Positions 26,634 through 36,458 of a DNA stretch of 64,000 nt are shown piece by piece (within the stretch, counting starts at the first letter, position 1; every line of letters begins with the position of its first letter). This DNA is from a bacterium (lineage in GTDB: Bacteria > Patescibacteriota > Patescibacteriia > Veblenbacterales > UBA10138): NCBI GenBank assembly GCA_020057885.1, contig JAGVEX010000015.1, positions 130,168 to 194,167 on the forward strand. The letters run 5' to 3'. A program made the translations under genes and the position numbers. Below the pieces are notes generated by a model, which was not told the origin of the DNA, did no database searches, and worked only from the letters and a program-made list of their open reading frames with translations.

Positions 26634-27761
26634 TTATACGTTAGCTTTTTTAGATTGCCGAGAAATATTTACCAATATTCCAACGGCTGCTAAAACTGTA
26701 ACTAAAGCTGTACCGCCAGATGAAATAAAAGGCAACGGCACGCCAGTGAGAGGAACTAATCTTAACATAGAAGCAATGTTAAGACAGGTTTGCCAACCTA
26801 ACCAAGCCAAAATACCTGCTCCCAGATAACGTCCAAAAGTGTCAGGTGCCCTCTTAACAATCTGCCAGCCGCGAAACAAAAAACTGACTACCAATGCTAA
26901 AAACAATAAAGTAAAAATAAAACCCAATTCTTCGGCCATTATGGCAAAAATTGAATCTCCAGTTACTTCTGGTAAATACTGATATTTTTGGCGTGAATAA
27001 CCAAGTCCCAAACCAAACCAACCGCCAGAACCAATGGCCAACAAAGCTTGATTTATGTGATAGCCTACGCCACTTGGTTCAAGTGTTGGATCTAAAAATA
27101 CTGTAAGCCGACTAGCACTATGTGGAAAAAATTTAATCAAAAACCAAAACCCCACTAAACCAGTGCCGACCAAAGTAAATAATTGGGTTAACCTTGCTCC
27201 AGCCACTAAATACACTGCAAAAGCGCTAAATGCTAAAACCGACATAGTGCCAAAATCAGGCTGTAAAATAATAAGACCTAAAATTGTTCCTACTACTAAA
27301 ATAAAAGGTATAAAACAATGACTCCACGAACGTATTCCTTCACTTCCTCTGCTTTCTAGCCAAGCTGCCAAATAAGTAATTAAAGCAAGTTTTACAACTT
27401 CGCTCGGCTGAAAAATAAAAGTACCAAATGCCAACCACCGACGCGAACCACCATGCCCAAAACTTAAACCGGGAATAAAAACCGCTATCAATAACAATAA
27501 TGAAACAATTAAAGCCGGCAAAGCAAATGGTTTTAAACGCTGATAATCAAATTTACTAAAAAATAAAAATAATACCAAGCCCGGCAAAAGCCCAAACAAA
27601 GCCTGATGTTTTAAATAATAATAACTGTCTTGATACTTTTGAAAAGAAACTACTGAAGAAGCTGAGGAAAGCATTATTAAACCAACTATTACCAACGACA
27701 AAGCTAGGGTAATGAATACATAATCCGGATGATTTGAATTTACGCGTGATATAAGTTTCAT
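26634..27761 (-). CDS. ftsW: SEDS-family lipid II flippase/peptidoglycan polymerase (FtsW/RodA)
   Basis: 375 aa with about 10 TM helices and FtsW/RodA/SpoVE family features. Sits between murD and murG as in dcw clusters. Confidence 0.85.
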   Translation of the reverse strand: MKLISRVNSNHPDYVFITLALSLVIVGLIMLSSASSVVSFQKYQDSYYYLKHQALFGLLPGLVLFLFFSKFDYQRLKPFALPALIVSLLLLIAVFIPGLSFGHGGSRRWLAFGTFIFQPSEVVKLALITYLAAWLESRGSEGIRSWSHCFIPFILVVGTILGLIILQPDFGTMSVLAFSAFAVYLVAGARLTQLFTLVGTGLVGFWFLIKFFPHSASRLTVFLDPTLEPSGVGYHINQALLAIGSGGWFGLGLGYSRQKYQYLPEVTGDSIFAIMAEELGFIFTLLFLALVVSFLFRGWQIVKRAPDTFGRYLGAGILAWLGWQTCLNIASMLRLVPLTGVPLPFISSGGTALVTVLAAVGILVNISRQSKKANV

Positions 27762-29170
27762 AGTTTTTTAACTGCTTTGATAAACTGCTCGCCACGATCA
27801 AATTCGTGACGGAATAAACCAAAACTGGCGGCCCCGGGTGAAAGCAACACTGCACCGCCTGGTTTAGCTAAGGTGGAAGCAAAAACAACTGCCTCAGCCA
27901 TATTGCGCGCTAATAAAACTTTTTTGAAATTACGCAAATTCGCCTGCAGTTTAATTGTAGCAGTGCCTGGCAATAAAATTAAAAATGCCACACGCTTTTT
28001 TATATCACGAGCCAAATCGGTGTAATTCAATAATTTATCAGTACCACCAGCTATTAATACTAATGGTTTAATTTTTAAAGCTCGCAAAGCGGCCTGAGTG
28101 GCAACTGGGGCAGTAGCGGCAGTATCATTATAATATTTTACATTATTTTTAGTAGCAATTAGCTCTAAGCGGTCATGCAGGCCGATAAATTTTTTCACTG
28201 CTTTAATAATTACAGCAACAGGCACGCTATTTAAACGAGCAGCAACCACTGCGGCCAATACATTTTCTAAATTGTGTTGACCCAAAAGTTTAATATAGGA
28301 CACTGGAAAAAGTTTTTGTTTTTTATTGTCTTGCCACCACACCATACCATTGCTTACAAAAATACCGCGTGGCACGTTCTGGCTTGTCGAGAACCAATAA
28401 ACACGTGACTGGGCAATTTTACCAAACTGTCTGGTAATTTTATTATCATAATTTAAAATTACAGCATCATTTTTATTTTGGTAACGGAAAATATAAGATT
28501 TCGCTTTAGTGTAGTCTACCAGCGACGAATAACGATTAAGGTGCTCTGGGGACACATTAGTCACTACGGCTTGCGGTACACGTAAATGTTGATCACCGAC
28601 CAATTCCAAATGCCAACTTGATAATTCCAAAACTACTGGCGTGCGCGAAGTTAAACTATCAAGTACTTGAAACATCACTGTATCTCGAATATTACCAGCC
28701 ACTACCGTCTGCTTATCCCAATTTTTTAAAATAGCACCCAGCAAAGCCGTGGTAGTTGATTTACCTTTACTACCTGTGATGCCTATAATATTCTTACTGG
28801 GACAAAGTTTGAGAAATAGACTAGCTTCGTTTTCTATTGTTATGTCGGCCTGACGCGCCAATTTTAACAAAAGCAATTCTGCTGGCACGCCTGGGTTTTG
28901 AATTATTAAATCGCATTTTTTAAGAAGTGAGGCTGGGTGCGAACCAAAAACATAATTTATAGACATTTTTTTTAATAAACGCAAACTGGAACCGAGCTCT
29001 TGGCGCGACTTTATATCGGATACAGTGACGCGAGCTCCATGACGCACTAGCCAGCGTGTTACCGCTACTCCCCCGCCATGCAAACCCAAACCTAACACCA
29101 AAACGCGTTTATTTTTTAAATCAGCGAGTCTCATAAATAAATTACTAAACGCCGCGTTCAAGTAGGGCAA
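27758..29170 (-). CDS. murD: UDP-N-acetylmuramoylalanine--D-glutamate ligase
   Basis: MurD-type N-terminus (VLVLGLGLHGGGVAVTRWL) and the Mur ligase P-loop GITGSKGKSTT. Confidence 0.9.
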   Translation of the reverse strand: MPYLNAAFSNLFMRLADLKNKRVLVLGLGLHGGGVAVTRWLVRHGARVTVSDIKSRQELGSSLRLLKKMSINYVFGSHPASLLKKCDLIIQNPGVPAELLLLKLARQADITIENEASLFLKLCPSKNIIGITGSKGKSTTTALLGAILKNWDKQTVVAGNIRDTVMFQVLDSLTSRTPVVLELSSWHLELVGDQHLRVPQAVVTNVSPEHLNRYSSLVDYTKAKSYIFRYQNKNDAVILNYDNKITRQFGKIAQSRVYWFSTSQNVPRGIFVSNGMVWWQDNKKQKLFPVSYIKLLGQHNLENVLAAVVAARLNSVPVAVIIKAVKKFIGLHDRLELIATKNNVKYYNDTAATAPVATQAALRALKIKPLVLIAGGTDKLLNYTDLARDIKKRVAFLILLPGTATIKLQANLRNFKKVLLARNMAEAVVFASTLAKPGGAVLLSPGAASFGLFRHEFDRGEQFIKAVKKL

Positions 29171-30176
29171 CTATCACACCAATAACAGCAGCCACCCCAG
29201 CAATAACCCAAAAACGCATAACAATCTTGGGCTCGGGCCAGCCAATTGCCTCTAAGTGATGATGCAACGGCGAAGATAAAAAAACTTTTCTCCCTAAAAA
29301 CTTTTTTGACAATACCTGGATAATAACTGAGAGTGATTCCACCACAAACAAAAAACCAATAATAGGTAAAAGCAAAACACTATTAGTAAGCATGGCTACT
29401 ATGCCCAGAGTTACACCCAAAGACATAGCACCAGTATCGCCCATAAAAAATCTGGCTGGATTAATATTAAACCACAGAAAAGCCAACAGGGCTCCGGTAA
29501 TTACTCCACAAAAAGTGGCCAAATCATATTTACCCTGTAAAAAAGCAATTGATCCAAAAGCGGCAAAAGCGGCCAAAAGTGTACCACCAGCCAAACCATC
29601 TAACCCATCTATTTCATTAACAGAAAAAGAGGTGGCCACAATAATAAAAATAAATATTGGTACAATCCACCAGCCCACGACCACGTTGCCTAAAAATGGC
29701 ACGTGCAATATATCCCAACCCAATTTAGCATAAAACCACCACGCGCCAATTACTGCAATTAAAGTATAAATTAAAATTCGGTGGCGCATTTTTAAACCAC
29801 CACCATGTGGACCAAGTCCTCGCACATTAAACCAATCGTCAATTAATCCAACTAAAGCCGAAGCCACCAAAGCACCCAAAGGTAGTAAGGTTTCAGCGCG
29901 GCTCAAAAAATTAAGTTTTAATACCTGTGCCTCTTCTAAAAAAAAGAAGACGAGAGCCAAAATTAAAACAGTCAACCAAATTAGAACACCGCCCATAGTT
30001 GGTGTGCCATTTTTGTTTTGATGCAAAGCCGACATAATAGGAGCGCTGGCCGAATCTCTTATTTTTTTACCTAATTTGTATTTATACAAAATATTGGTAA
30101 GCAATGGTGTCCAAGCCAGCGCCACTATAAACGATACAGTAGTAAGAAAGAGTATTTGAAAAACCGCGCCAGTCAT
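29145..30176 (-). CDS. mraY: Phospho-N-acetylmuramoyl-pentapeptide transferase
   Basis: 343 aa, about 10 TM, with the MraY/WecA family motifs (DDxxD-like IDDWFNV; NxxNxxDGxDGL: NEIDGLDGLAGG). Confidence 0.9.
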   Translation of the reverse strand: MTGAVFQILFLTTVSFIVALAWTPLLTNILYKYKLGKKIRDSASAPIMSALHQNKNGTPTMGGVLIWLTVLILALVFFFLEEAQVLKLNFLSRAETLLPLGALVASALVGLIDDWFNVRGLGPHGGGLKMRHRILIYTLIAVIGAWWFYAKLGWDILHVPFLGNVVVGWWIVPIFIFIIVATSFSVNEIDGLDGLAGGTLLAAFAAFGSIAFLQGKYDLATFCGVITGALLAFLWFNINPARFFMGDTGAMSLGVTLGIVAMLTNSVLLLPIIGFLFVVESLSVIIQVLSKKFLGRKVFLSSPLHHHLEAIGWPEPKIVMRFWVIAGVAAVIGVIVALLERGV

Positions 30177-30183
30177 ATAATAT

Positions 30184-30603
30184 TTAGGTATTGAAACTTC
30201 TTAAAAGCCAAGCGAGCCACAAAAAACCACCAACAATAAAAACTGTGGCCCACAACCAAAGATATTTAAGCACTAAACTCCGCCGCGCCAGAGTATATGA
30301 TAAAAATACATTTATTACCACAAAAATTGTGGCTACTATTGGTAGTAAATAAAAATAAAACGGTTCAGTTAGCCAGTTAATACCAACGTAAATTGAATAG
30401 CGCAGGGCAAAGGAATTATCAGACGATATGGGAGCGGTAATAACTGTAACCCAGGTTATAATCAAAATCACCGCTATCGAAAATAAAGGTGTCATAACTG
30501 ACCGCTGACGCCAAAAAGCACGCCAAGATTCACGTTGCCAAAGAAAAAATGATTGTATCATATACCTACTTGTGATTGTAGGTTTTATGGGCCTTTTTGG
30601 CAA
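30184..30603 (-). CDS. Hypothetical 4-TM membrane protein, first gene of the mraY operon
   Basis: 139-aa ORF, hydrophobic, no motif recognised. Confidence 0.45.
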   Translation of the reverse strand: MPKRPIKPTITSRYMIQSFFLWQRESWRAFWRQRSVMTPLFSIAVILIITWVTVITAPISSDNSFALRYSIYVGINWLTEPFYFYLLPIVATIFVVINVFLSYTLARRSLVLKYLWLWATVFIVGGFLWLAWLLRSFNT

Positions 30604-30681
30604 ATTGATTTAATATTATAGGCACTTTTTAACTAAAAAATAAACAGTCTTTATTATAATTTATACACTAAAAAACTAAAG

Positions 30682-30710
30682 TTGCTGATATGTGTTAATT
30701 TTGGTATAAT
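30682..30710 (+). promoter_or_regulatory. Promoter of the pilus operon: TTGCTG, 17 nt, extended -10 TGgTATAAT
   Basis: Seen in sequence: gttgctgatatgtgttaattttggtataat. Confidence 0.5.
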
Positions 30711-30720
30711 AACCACACTA

Positions 30721-30739
30721 TTAACCATAATATGGTTAA
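30721..30739. promoter_or_regulatory. Dyad-symmetric operator candidate TTAACCAT-aat-ATGGTTAA, overlapping the predicted TSS/+1 region of the pilB promoter
   Basis: Seen in sequence. 8-nt perfect arms, 3-nt spacer, 10 nt after the -10 and 10 nt before the RBS aaggag. Confidence 0.4.
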
Positions 30740-30768
30740 CTAAAAACTAAGGAGCGAAAATTAAACCT

Positions 30769-32496
30769 ATGCTAAACCAAAACCATCTTACCCAGGCTGT
30801 TTTAGCTAATAAAATACTGTCTCAGGCAAATCTTAAAAAAGCCAAAGAAGAGATTAAGCACGACAAGATTTCGCTGGAAGATTATCTTATTAAAAAAAAC
30901 TTGCTCACTGAACAGGGCCTTTATGAAATGATGGCACATTTTCTTAACTTGCCATTTATTGACTTAAAAAATGCGATGATACGCAAAGATGTCTTAATGG
31001 CCATTCCCGAACCAATCGCCCAAGTACATCAAATTATCGCTTTTGAACAAACCGACAAAGAAGTAAAAATTGCCACAACCGATCCAGAAGATCTTCAGAC
31101 TTTTGAATTTTTAGAAAAAAAATTCGGCGTTAAATTAAACATACACCTTACCACACCCACTACCATACGCGATGTTTTAAAACAATATCACAAAAGCCTA
31201 AAAGCCGAATTTGCCGAGCTTACCAAAGATGACCAAAAACCAGAAGAAGCGCAAGGCGCAGAACTACAACAATTAGCTGAAGACTTGCCAGTTATAAGAA
31301 TCGTAGATACCTTGCTGGAATACGCTATTTTTGAAAAAGCTTCCGATATACACATTGAACCAACCGAAGCCGATGTGGTGGTACGCTACCGCATTGACGG
31401 TGTATTGCGTGATGTAATGAATTTGCCTAAAAATGTCCAGGCTGGTTTGGTGGCGCGCATAAAAATTCTTTCTAATCTTAAACTCGATGAGCATCGTTTA
31501 CCGCAAGACGGACGTTTTAAAATAAAAAATAAAGAATACGAAGTTTCCTTCCGTGTTTCAATTATTCCGGTTTTTGATGGTGAAAAAATAGTTATGCGCT
31601 TGTTGCAAGAATCAAGTCAGATTCTAACTTTGGAACAATTAGGCTTTCAGCCATCAGCTTTTAAGGTAGTAAAAAGAAATATTGATAAACCGCACGGTAT
31701 GTTGCTAGTAACTGGACCAACCGGCAGTGGTAAAACCACGACTCTTTATTCAGTTTTAAATGTATTAAATACGCCTGATGTAAACATCTGTACCGTAGAA
31801 GACCCTATTGAATACCGCATGCAACGCATTAACCAAAGTCAAGTAAATCCGCGTATTGGCTTTACCTTTGCTAATGGCTTGCGATCGTTATTACGCCAAG
31901 ACCCGGATATTATTATGGTGGGAGAAATTAGAGATACCGAAACAGCAGAAATAGCTATTCACTCTGCTATGACGGGCCACTTAGTGCTTTCTACTTTGCA
32001 CACCAATGATGCCGTAGGAACCTTGCCCAGACTTTTAGATATGGGTATTGCGCCCTTCTTAGTTGCCTCTACTACCAATCTTATTGTAGCTCAACGTTTA
32101 GTGCGTAAAATATGTGTTAATTGCTCAAGTGCTTATCAATTAAGTAAACAAAATATAGAGGAACTAGCGCAAGAACTTGATTTAAAATCTATTATCAAAA
32201 CACTAGAGCGTGAAAAAGCTGTTTCGGCGAATCAAAATTTAGAAACTTTAACTTTCTATCGAGGCAAAGGCTGCAGACAATGCAATAACGAGGGCTATCG
32301 CGGCCGTATTGGTATTTATGAAACTTTTGAAATTACAGAAGAAGTCAGTGATTTAATTTTAAAACGTGCTTCTGATACCGAACTTAAAAAAGCAGCCATA
32401 GCACAAAACATGCTCACTATGCTGGAGGATGGATTTATTAAAGCTCTTAAAGGCGTTACTACAATAGAAGAAATTCTCCGTGCGGCTAGAGAATAA
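30769..32496 (+). CDS. pilB: Type IV pilus assembly ATPase (GspE/PilB family)
   Basis: 575 aa with an N-terminal T2SS_E N-domain, Walker A GPTGSGKTTTLY, Asp/His boxes, and a C-terminal tetracysteine (CVNCS...CRQC). Confidence 0.9.
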   Translation: MLNQNHLTQAVLANKILSQANLKKAKEEIKHDKISLEDYLIKKNLLTEQGLYEMMAHFLNLPFIDLKNAMIRKDVLMAIPEPIAQVHQIIAFEQTDKEVKIATTDPEDLQTFEFLEKKFGVKLNIHLTTPTTIRDVLKQYHKSLKAEFAELTKDDQKPEEAQGAELQQLAEDLPVIRIVDTLLEYAIFEKASDIHIEPTEADVVVRYRIDGVLRDVMNLPKNVQAGLVARIKILSNLKLDEHRLPQDGRFKIKNKEYEVSFRVSIIPVFDGEKIVMRLLQESSQILTLEQLGFQPSAFKVVKRNIDKPHGMLLVTGPTGSGKTTTLYSVLNVLNTPDVNICTVEDPIEYRMQRINQSQVNPRIGFTFANGLRSLLRQDPDIIMVGEIRDTETAEIAIHSAMTGHLVLSTLHTNDAVGTLPRLLDMGIAPFLVASTTNLIVAQRLVRKICVNCSSAYQLSKQNIEELAQELDLKSIIKTLEREKAVSANQNLETLTFYRGKGCRQCNNEGYRGRIGIYETFEITEEVSDLILKRASDTELKKAAIAQNMLTMLEDGFIKALKGVTTIEEILRAARE

Positions 32497-32545
32497 ATAT
32501 TCTAACCGAAGCTAATTTTTTTAATCATCAATTACCAACTCTGCT

Positions 32546-33763
32546 ATGAAATTTACATACACAGCGCGCAATAATCAAGGTAAACTAGAAAAAGGTGAAA
32601 TGGAAATACCCTCCGAGCACGACTTAGCTCAATATTTGCGAAGCAAAGATCTTATACTTACGCACGCTGAAACGCAAAATAACAAAACAGAAAATGGTAA
32701 AAAAACTATAAAATTACCTTGGTTACAGCGCGTCTCGGCAATTGAGAAAATCTTTTTCACCCAAAACTTACAAGTTATGGTAAGGTCTGGTTTGTCTATC
32801 TCTGTTGCTTTAAAAACTCTAGCAGAACAAACTACTAATAAATCAATGCGCATTATTTTATTAGATGTGCAACAAAAGGTTGATCGCGGCATTCCCCTAT
32901 CGGACTCTTTGGCTGAACATCCAAAAATATTTTCTGAACTCTTTGTAAGTATGGTACGAGCTGGTGAAAAAAGCGGCAAACTAGACGAAGTGCTTTTGCA
33001 AATTACCAACCAATTGCGCAAAAGCCACGCTTTAATCGCCAAGGTCAAAGGTGCTCTTACCTACCCTGTTATTGTTATTATCGCCATGCTAGGTATTGGC
33101 ACAGCCATGATGGTTTATGTAATACCGCAAATGACTTCGATTTTTCAAGAAGTGAACGCTACTCTCCCCTTGCCCACTCTAATTTTAATTGAAACCAGTA
33201 ATTTTTTAGTTAATAATGGATTGTGGGTTCTATTAGGAACAATATTAATTGTAGTTACTTTTGTTCAATTTATTCACACTAAAAAAGGTAAGCAAAATTG
33301 GCATGGCTTTCTACTTAAACTACCAATTGTTAGTTCTATACTTAAAAAAATAAACTTAGCAAAATTTGCTCGCACCTTTTCTTCGTTATTAAAAACAGAT
33401 ATTCCGATTGTGCAGGCTTTTCAAATTACCGCTTCCACCCTTTCAAATGTATTATACAGAGAAGCTCTAGTGCAAACTGGGGAAGGAGTTAAAAAGGGCG
33501 TGGCCGTATCAAACATTATACGTGGTTACCCTAAACTCTTCCCTCCACTTATCGCGCAAATGATCGCCGTGGGAGAAGAAACTGGTACACTTGATAATAT
33601 CTTAGAAGAATTGGCTCAATTTTATGAAGATGACGTGGATCGCACTATGGGCAATCTGGCAACAATTATTGAACCAGTTTTAATGATTGTTTTGGGTTTT
33701 GGCGTGGGCGGCATGGCTATAGCCATTATTATGCCAATGTATTCACTTAGTCAAAGTATTTAA
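32546..33763 (+). CDS. pilC: Type IV pilus inner-membrane platform protein (GspF/PilC family)
   Basis: 405 aa with two GspF repeats and 3 TM. Confidence 0.9.
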   Translation: MKFTYTARNNQGKLEKGEMEIPSEHDLAQYLRSKDLILTHAETQNNKTENGKKTIKLPWLQRVSAIEKIFFTQNLQVMVRSGLSISVALKTLAEQTTNKSMRIILLDVQQKVDRGIPLSDSLAEHPKIFSELFVSMVRAGEKSGKLDEVLLQITNQLRKSHALIAKVKGALTYPVIVIIAMLGIGTAMMVYVIPQMTSIFQEVNATLPLPTLILIETSNFLVNNGLWVLLGTILIVVTFVQFIHTKKGKQNWHGFLLKLPIVSSILKKINLAKFARTFSSLLKTDIPIVQAFQITASTLSNVLYREALVQTGEGVKKGVAVSNIIRGYPKLFPPLIAQMIAVGEETGTLDNILEELAQFYEDDVDRTMGNLATIIEPVLMIVLGFGVGGMAIAIIMPMYSLSQSI

Positions 33764-33764
33764 C

Positions 33765-34208
33765 ATGACTAAAAAAGGTTTCACTTTAATTGAAATATCC
33801 GTAGTAATCGGTATTATTGTATTAATGGCCTTAGTGAGTATTCCCTACTTTCGCGACTATCAATCTCACACCAAATTAAAAACAGATGCCTTGACGCTTA
33901 TTAGTAACTTAAGGCTCGCGCAACAATATACTGTTAGTGAACAAAATACCTATCTTATTAAATTAATATCCAACGCCACTCCAAAATACCAATTAATAAA
34001 GAGGGTCGGAGAAAGTGATACTCTAATTGAAGAAAAAAATTTAAATCAAGGTATAAATTGGCAAAACACTGGCGGTTTTTCTAATAACGAAATTATTTTT
34101 ACTTCAACTGGCGCGGTTCTACAAGCTGGCGATATTATACTCATTGATGATTTAGGTAAAACTTTTACTGTAGAGGTAAAACCTTCTGGTTATGTCCGTC
34201 TCAACTAA
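33765..34208 (+). CDS. Prepilin-type N-terminal cleavage/methylation domain protein (candidate major pilin)
   Basis: Class III signal MTKKG|FTLIEISVVIGIIVL with G-1, F+1, E+5. Confidence 0.8.
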   Translation: MTKKGFTLIEISVVIGIIVLMALVSIPYFRDYQSHTKLKTDALTLISNLRLAQQYTVSEQNTYLIKLISNATPKYQLIKRVGESDTLIEEKNLNQGINWQNTGGFSNNEIIFTSTGAVLQAGDIILIDDLGKTFTVEVKPSGYVRLN

Positions 34209-34617
34209 CAGTCAACGTGGTTTTAGTTTAATTGAAGGATTGGTGGCTATTGCTATCGCGGCCGTAGTTTTAGTTGCTGTTATAAGCGTATTTCCATTAG
34301 TCATTAAAAGCAATAAACATTCTGAGCTTGAAAGCATGGCTTCTGTATACGCTAAAGCTAAAATCGAAACAATTCTTACTACGCCATACGATGAATTAAC
34401 TGTTGGGACGATTGAACCGCGTACAAAAATTTCTAGCGACCCACTCAATCCGGCTTATAATTTTGAGCGTCAGGCCATCATCCAACTAGTTGACGGTAAT
34501 TTAAATCAAACTATAACTGATATTGGACTAAAAAAAATTACAGTAACTGTGTATTGGGCCAACCGTTTCGGTGGAGATAACTCTTTAATACTTTCCAGTT
34601 TAGCGTCACAAAAATAA
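34192..34617 (+). CDS. Prepilin-type protein (minor pilin)
   Basis: QRG|FSLIEGLVAIAIAAVVL. Confidence 0.75.
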   Translation: MSVSTNSQRGFSLIEGLVAIAIAAVVLVAVISVFPLVIKSNKHSELESMASVYAKAKIETILTTPYDELTVGTIEPRTKISSDPLNPAYNFERQAIIQLVDGNLNQTITDIGLKKITVTVYWANRFGGDNSLILSSLASQK

Positions 34618-34628
34618 AATATTTTATT

Positions 34629-35204
34629 ATGATAATATTCAACCAAAATAAAAAAACGACAAAAAATAAAAACGGTTTCTCACTTATGGAAGTGATGGTA
34701 AGTATGTTTATAGTTTTATTAATATTACTAGTTGTTTACGCCATCTTTAGTTTCTCTCAACAAATTAAACCAAAAATTGAAAACCGGGCAGAAATAGTGC
34801 AAAACCAAAGAGCAATAATAGATAGGATCTCACGAGAGCTTAGGCAGGCTAATAATATTGTTACGACCTTACCGGCCAATGAAATCGTCTTTGAAGATGG
34901 GCACGGCAATCTTGAAGATTCACCTTTGCAATATTTACGCTATCACTTAATTGGTACAAACCTATACCGAGAAATACGCTATTATTATTTTAATATGGAT
35001 CCCTCTACGCATGTACACTATGACGAAACTGATGATTTGGGCAATCTACCTAGTATTAATATAGTTGAGGATAGATTAATTGGAGAATATATAAGCTCAC
35101 TTTCTTTTAATATTGCCTCAAATAACATTAATATTGAGGCTACTCTTATTTTAAATAACGAAACTTTAATCATTTCAACCTATGTCTCTCCTCGTAACCT
35201 CTAA
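34629..35204 (+). CDS. Prepilin-type protein (minor pilin)
   Basis: KNG|FSLMEVMVSMFIVLL. Confidence 0.7.
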   Translation: MIIFNQNKKTTKNKNGFSLMEVMVSMFIVLLILLVVYAIFSFSQQIKPKIENRAEIVQNQRAIIDRISRELRQANNIVTTLPANEIVFEDGHGNLEDSPLQYLRYHLIGTNLYREIRYYYFNMDPSTHVHYDETDDLGNLPSINIVEDRLIGEYISSLSFNIASNNINIEATLILNNETLIISTYVSPRNL

Positions 35205-36399
35205 ACAAAACTCCGGGTTTGCCCTACTTGCTGTAATTACTGTAATGGGAGCATTATTACTTTTAACTGGATACTTTTTAGAACAATCAACAGCTGAATT
35301 AAAAATTTCAAAAAGTGAAGTGGCGGCCAGCAAAACATATTATCTGGCAGAAGCTGGCGGCAATGAAGCTATCTATAAATTAAAATATGACCCTGTGTGG
35401 AAAGCAAAATTTTTATCGGGTACATTAAATAGCGATACTTTTGTGCGCGCCAATGCGTTTGATGATAATGGCAGCTATACTATTTTAACTACCAGCGTCG
35501 AGCCAGCTATTGCTGATATTACGGTAACTGCTCAATACGATACTGGCTTGCAACCATCAAAGAGAATTATTAAAACTCGTTTGGCGCGCGCCACTAACCC
35601 TGCTGATACCTGGTCACAATCCATTTACGCGGGAGGAAAGGGTGCTCAAGAAAACGGCAATATTACTATAGAACGAAATTGTATAATTAACGGCGGTACT
35701 ATCCATGCCAATCAAAACATAAAGGTTTCCAGCCAATCAACGCTCACTATAAACGATGGGGCAATTACTTCTAGTAATAATATAACTGTAAACGCCGGAT
35801 CTTCTTTAATACTTAATAATAGTACTCGACAAGAAGGCGCCTCTGAAATATCTATGCCTCAATTAGATTTTGACTCATCCTCGTCAACTTCTATTAAAAA
35901 TAGAGCCAATCAGGTTTATACAGCTACGGCTTTTCAAAATTTACCATCTGGAACAGTTTTGGATGGTATTACTTTTGTGACTGGCGGAGCAAACTGGGAC
36001 AATAAGAATCTGACCATTAATGGCATTCTAGCAGCCAGCGACGACATTAGAATAGATCTTAATGACGACAAAACTCTAACTCTAAACTCTAACCCTACAA
36101 CTGGTTCGGGTATTTTGGGTAAAGATGATATTTATATTGAACTAAATAATGCCACTCTTAATTTAAACGGCTTAATTTACGCCAGCAAAAACCTAGAATT
36201 AAAGGAAGATACAAACAAAGACTCTGATATTAATATAACTGGTGGTATAATCGGTTGGCACACCAGAATCAGTGGTTACGATAAGGGTGTGTGTAATATT
36301 ACTTACGATCAAACTTTAGCATCGCAACCGCTTGACCCTGTGCTTAATGGCAGTGAAAGTCCTATTATTCAAGTAAACCACTGGGAAGAAGAATACTAA
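35182..36399 (+). CDS. Large pilin-like protein (PilX/GspK-like, lacks E+5) with an Asn/Thr-rich beta-helix-like repetitive C-terminal domain
   Basis: NSG|FALLAVITVMGALLLL N-terminus. Many NxT/NxS repeats (NITIERN, NITVNAG, NLTING...). Confidence 0.6.
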   Translation: MSLLVTSKQNSGFALLAVITVMGALLLLTGYFLEQSTAELKISKSEVAASKTYYLAEAGGNEAIYKLKYDPVWKAKFLSGTLNSDTFVRANAFDDNGSYTILTTSVEPAIADITVTAQYDTGLQPSKRIIKTRLARATNPADTWSQSIYAGGKGAQENGNITIERNCIINGGTIHANQNIKVSSQSTLTINDGAITSSNNITVNAGSSLILNNSTRQEGASEISMPQLDFDSSSSTSIKNRANQVYTATAFQNLPSGTVLDGITFVTGGANWDNKNLTINGILAASDDIRIDLNDDKTLTLNSNPTTGSGILGKDDIYIELNNATLNLNGLIYASKNLELKEDTNKDSDINITGGIIGWHTRISGYDKGVCNITYDQTLASQPLDPVLNGSESPIIQVNHWEEEY

Positions 36400-36458
36400 C
36401 AAAAATCAATTGATTATTTTAGTTCATATAATCTACATTGTGCTATAATAAATTAAGT

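Noticed and set aside
27556-27855. 99-aa minus-strand ORF overlapping the murD end and ftsW start
   Set aside because: Out-of-frame overlap with two well-supported dcw genes, with no RBS or motif. Spurious.
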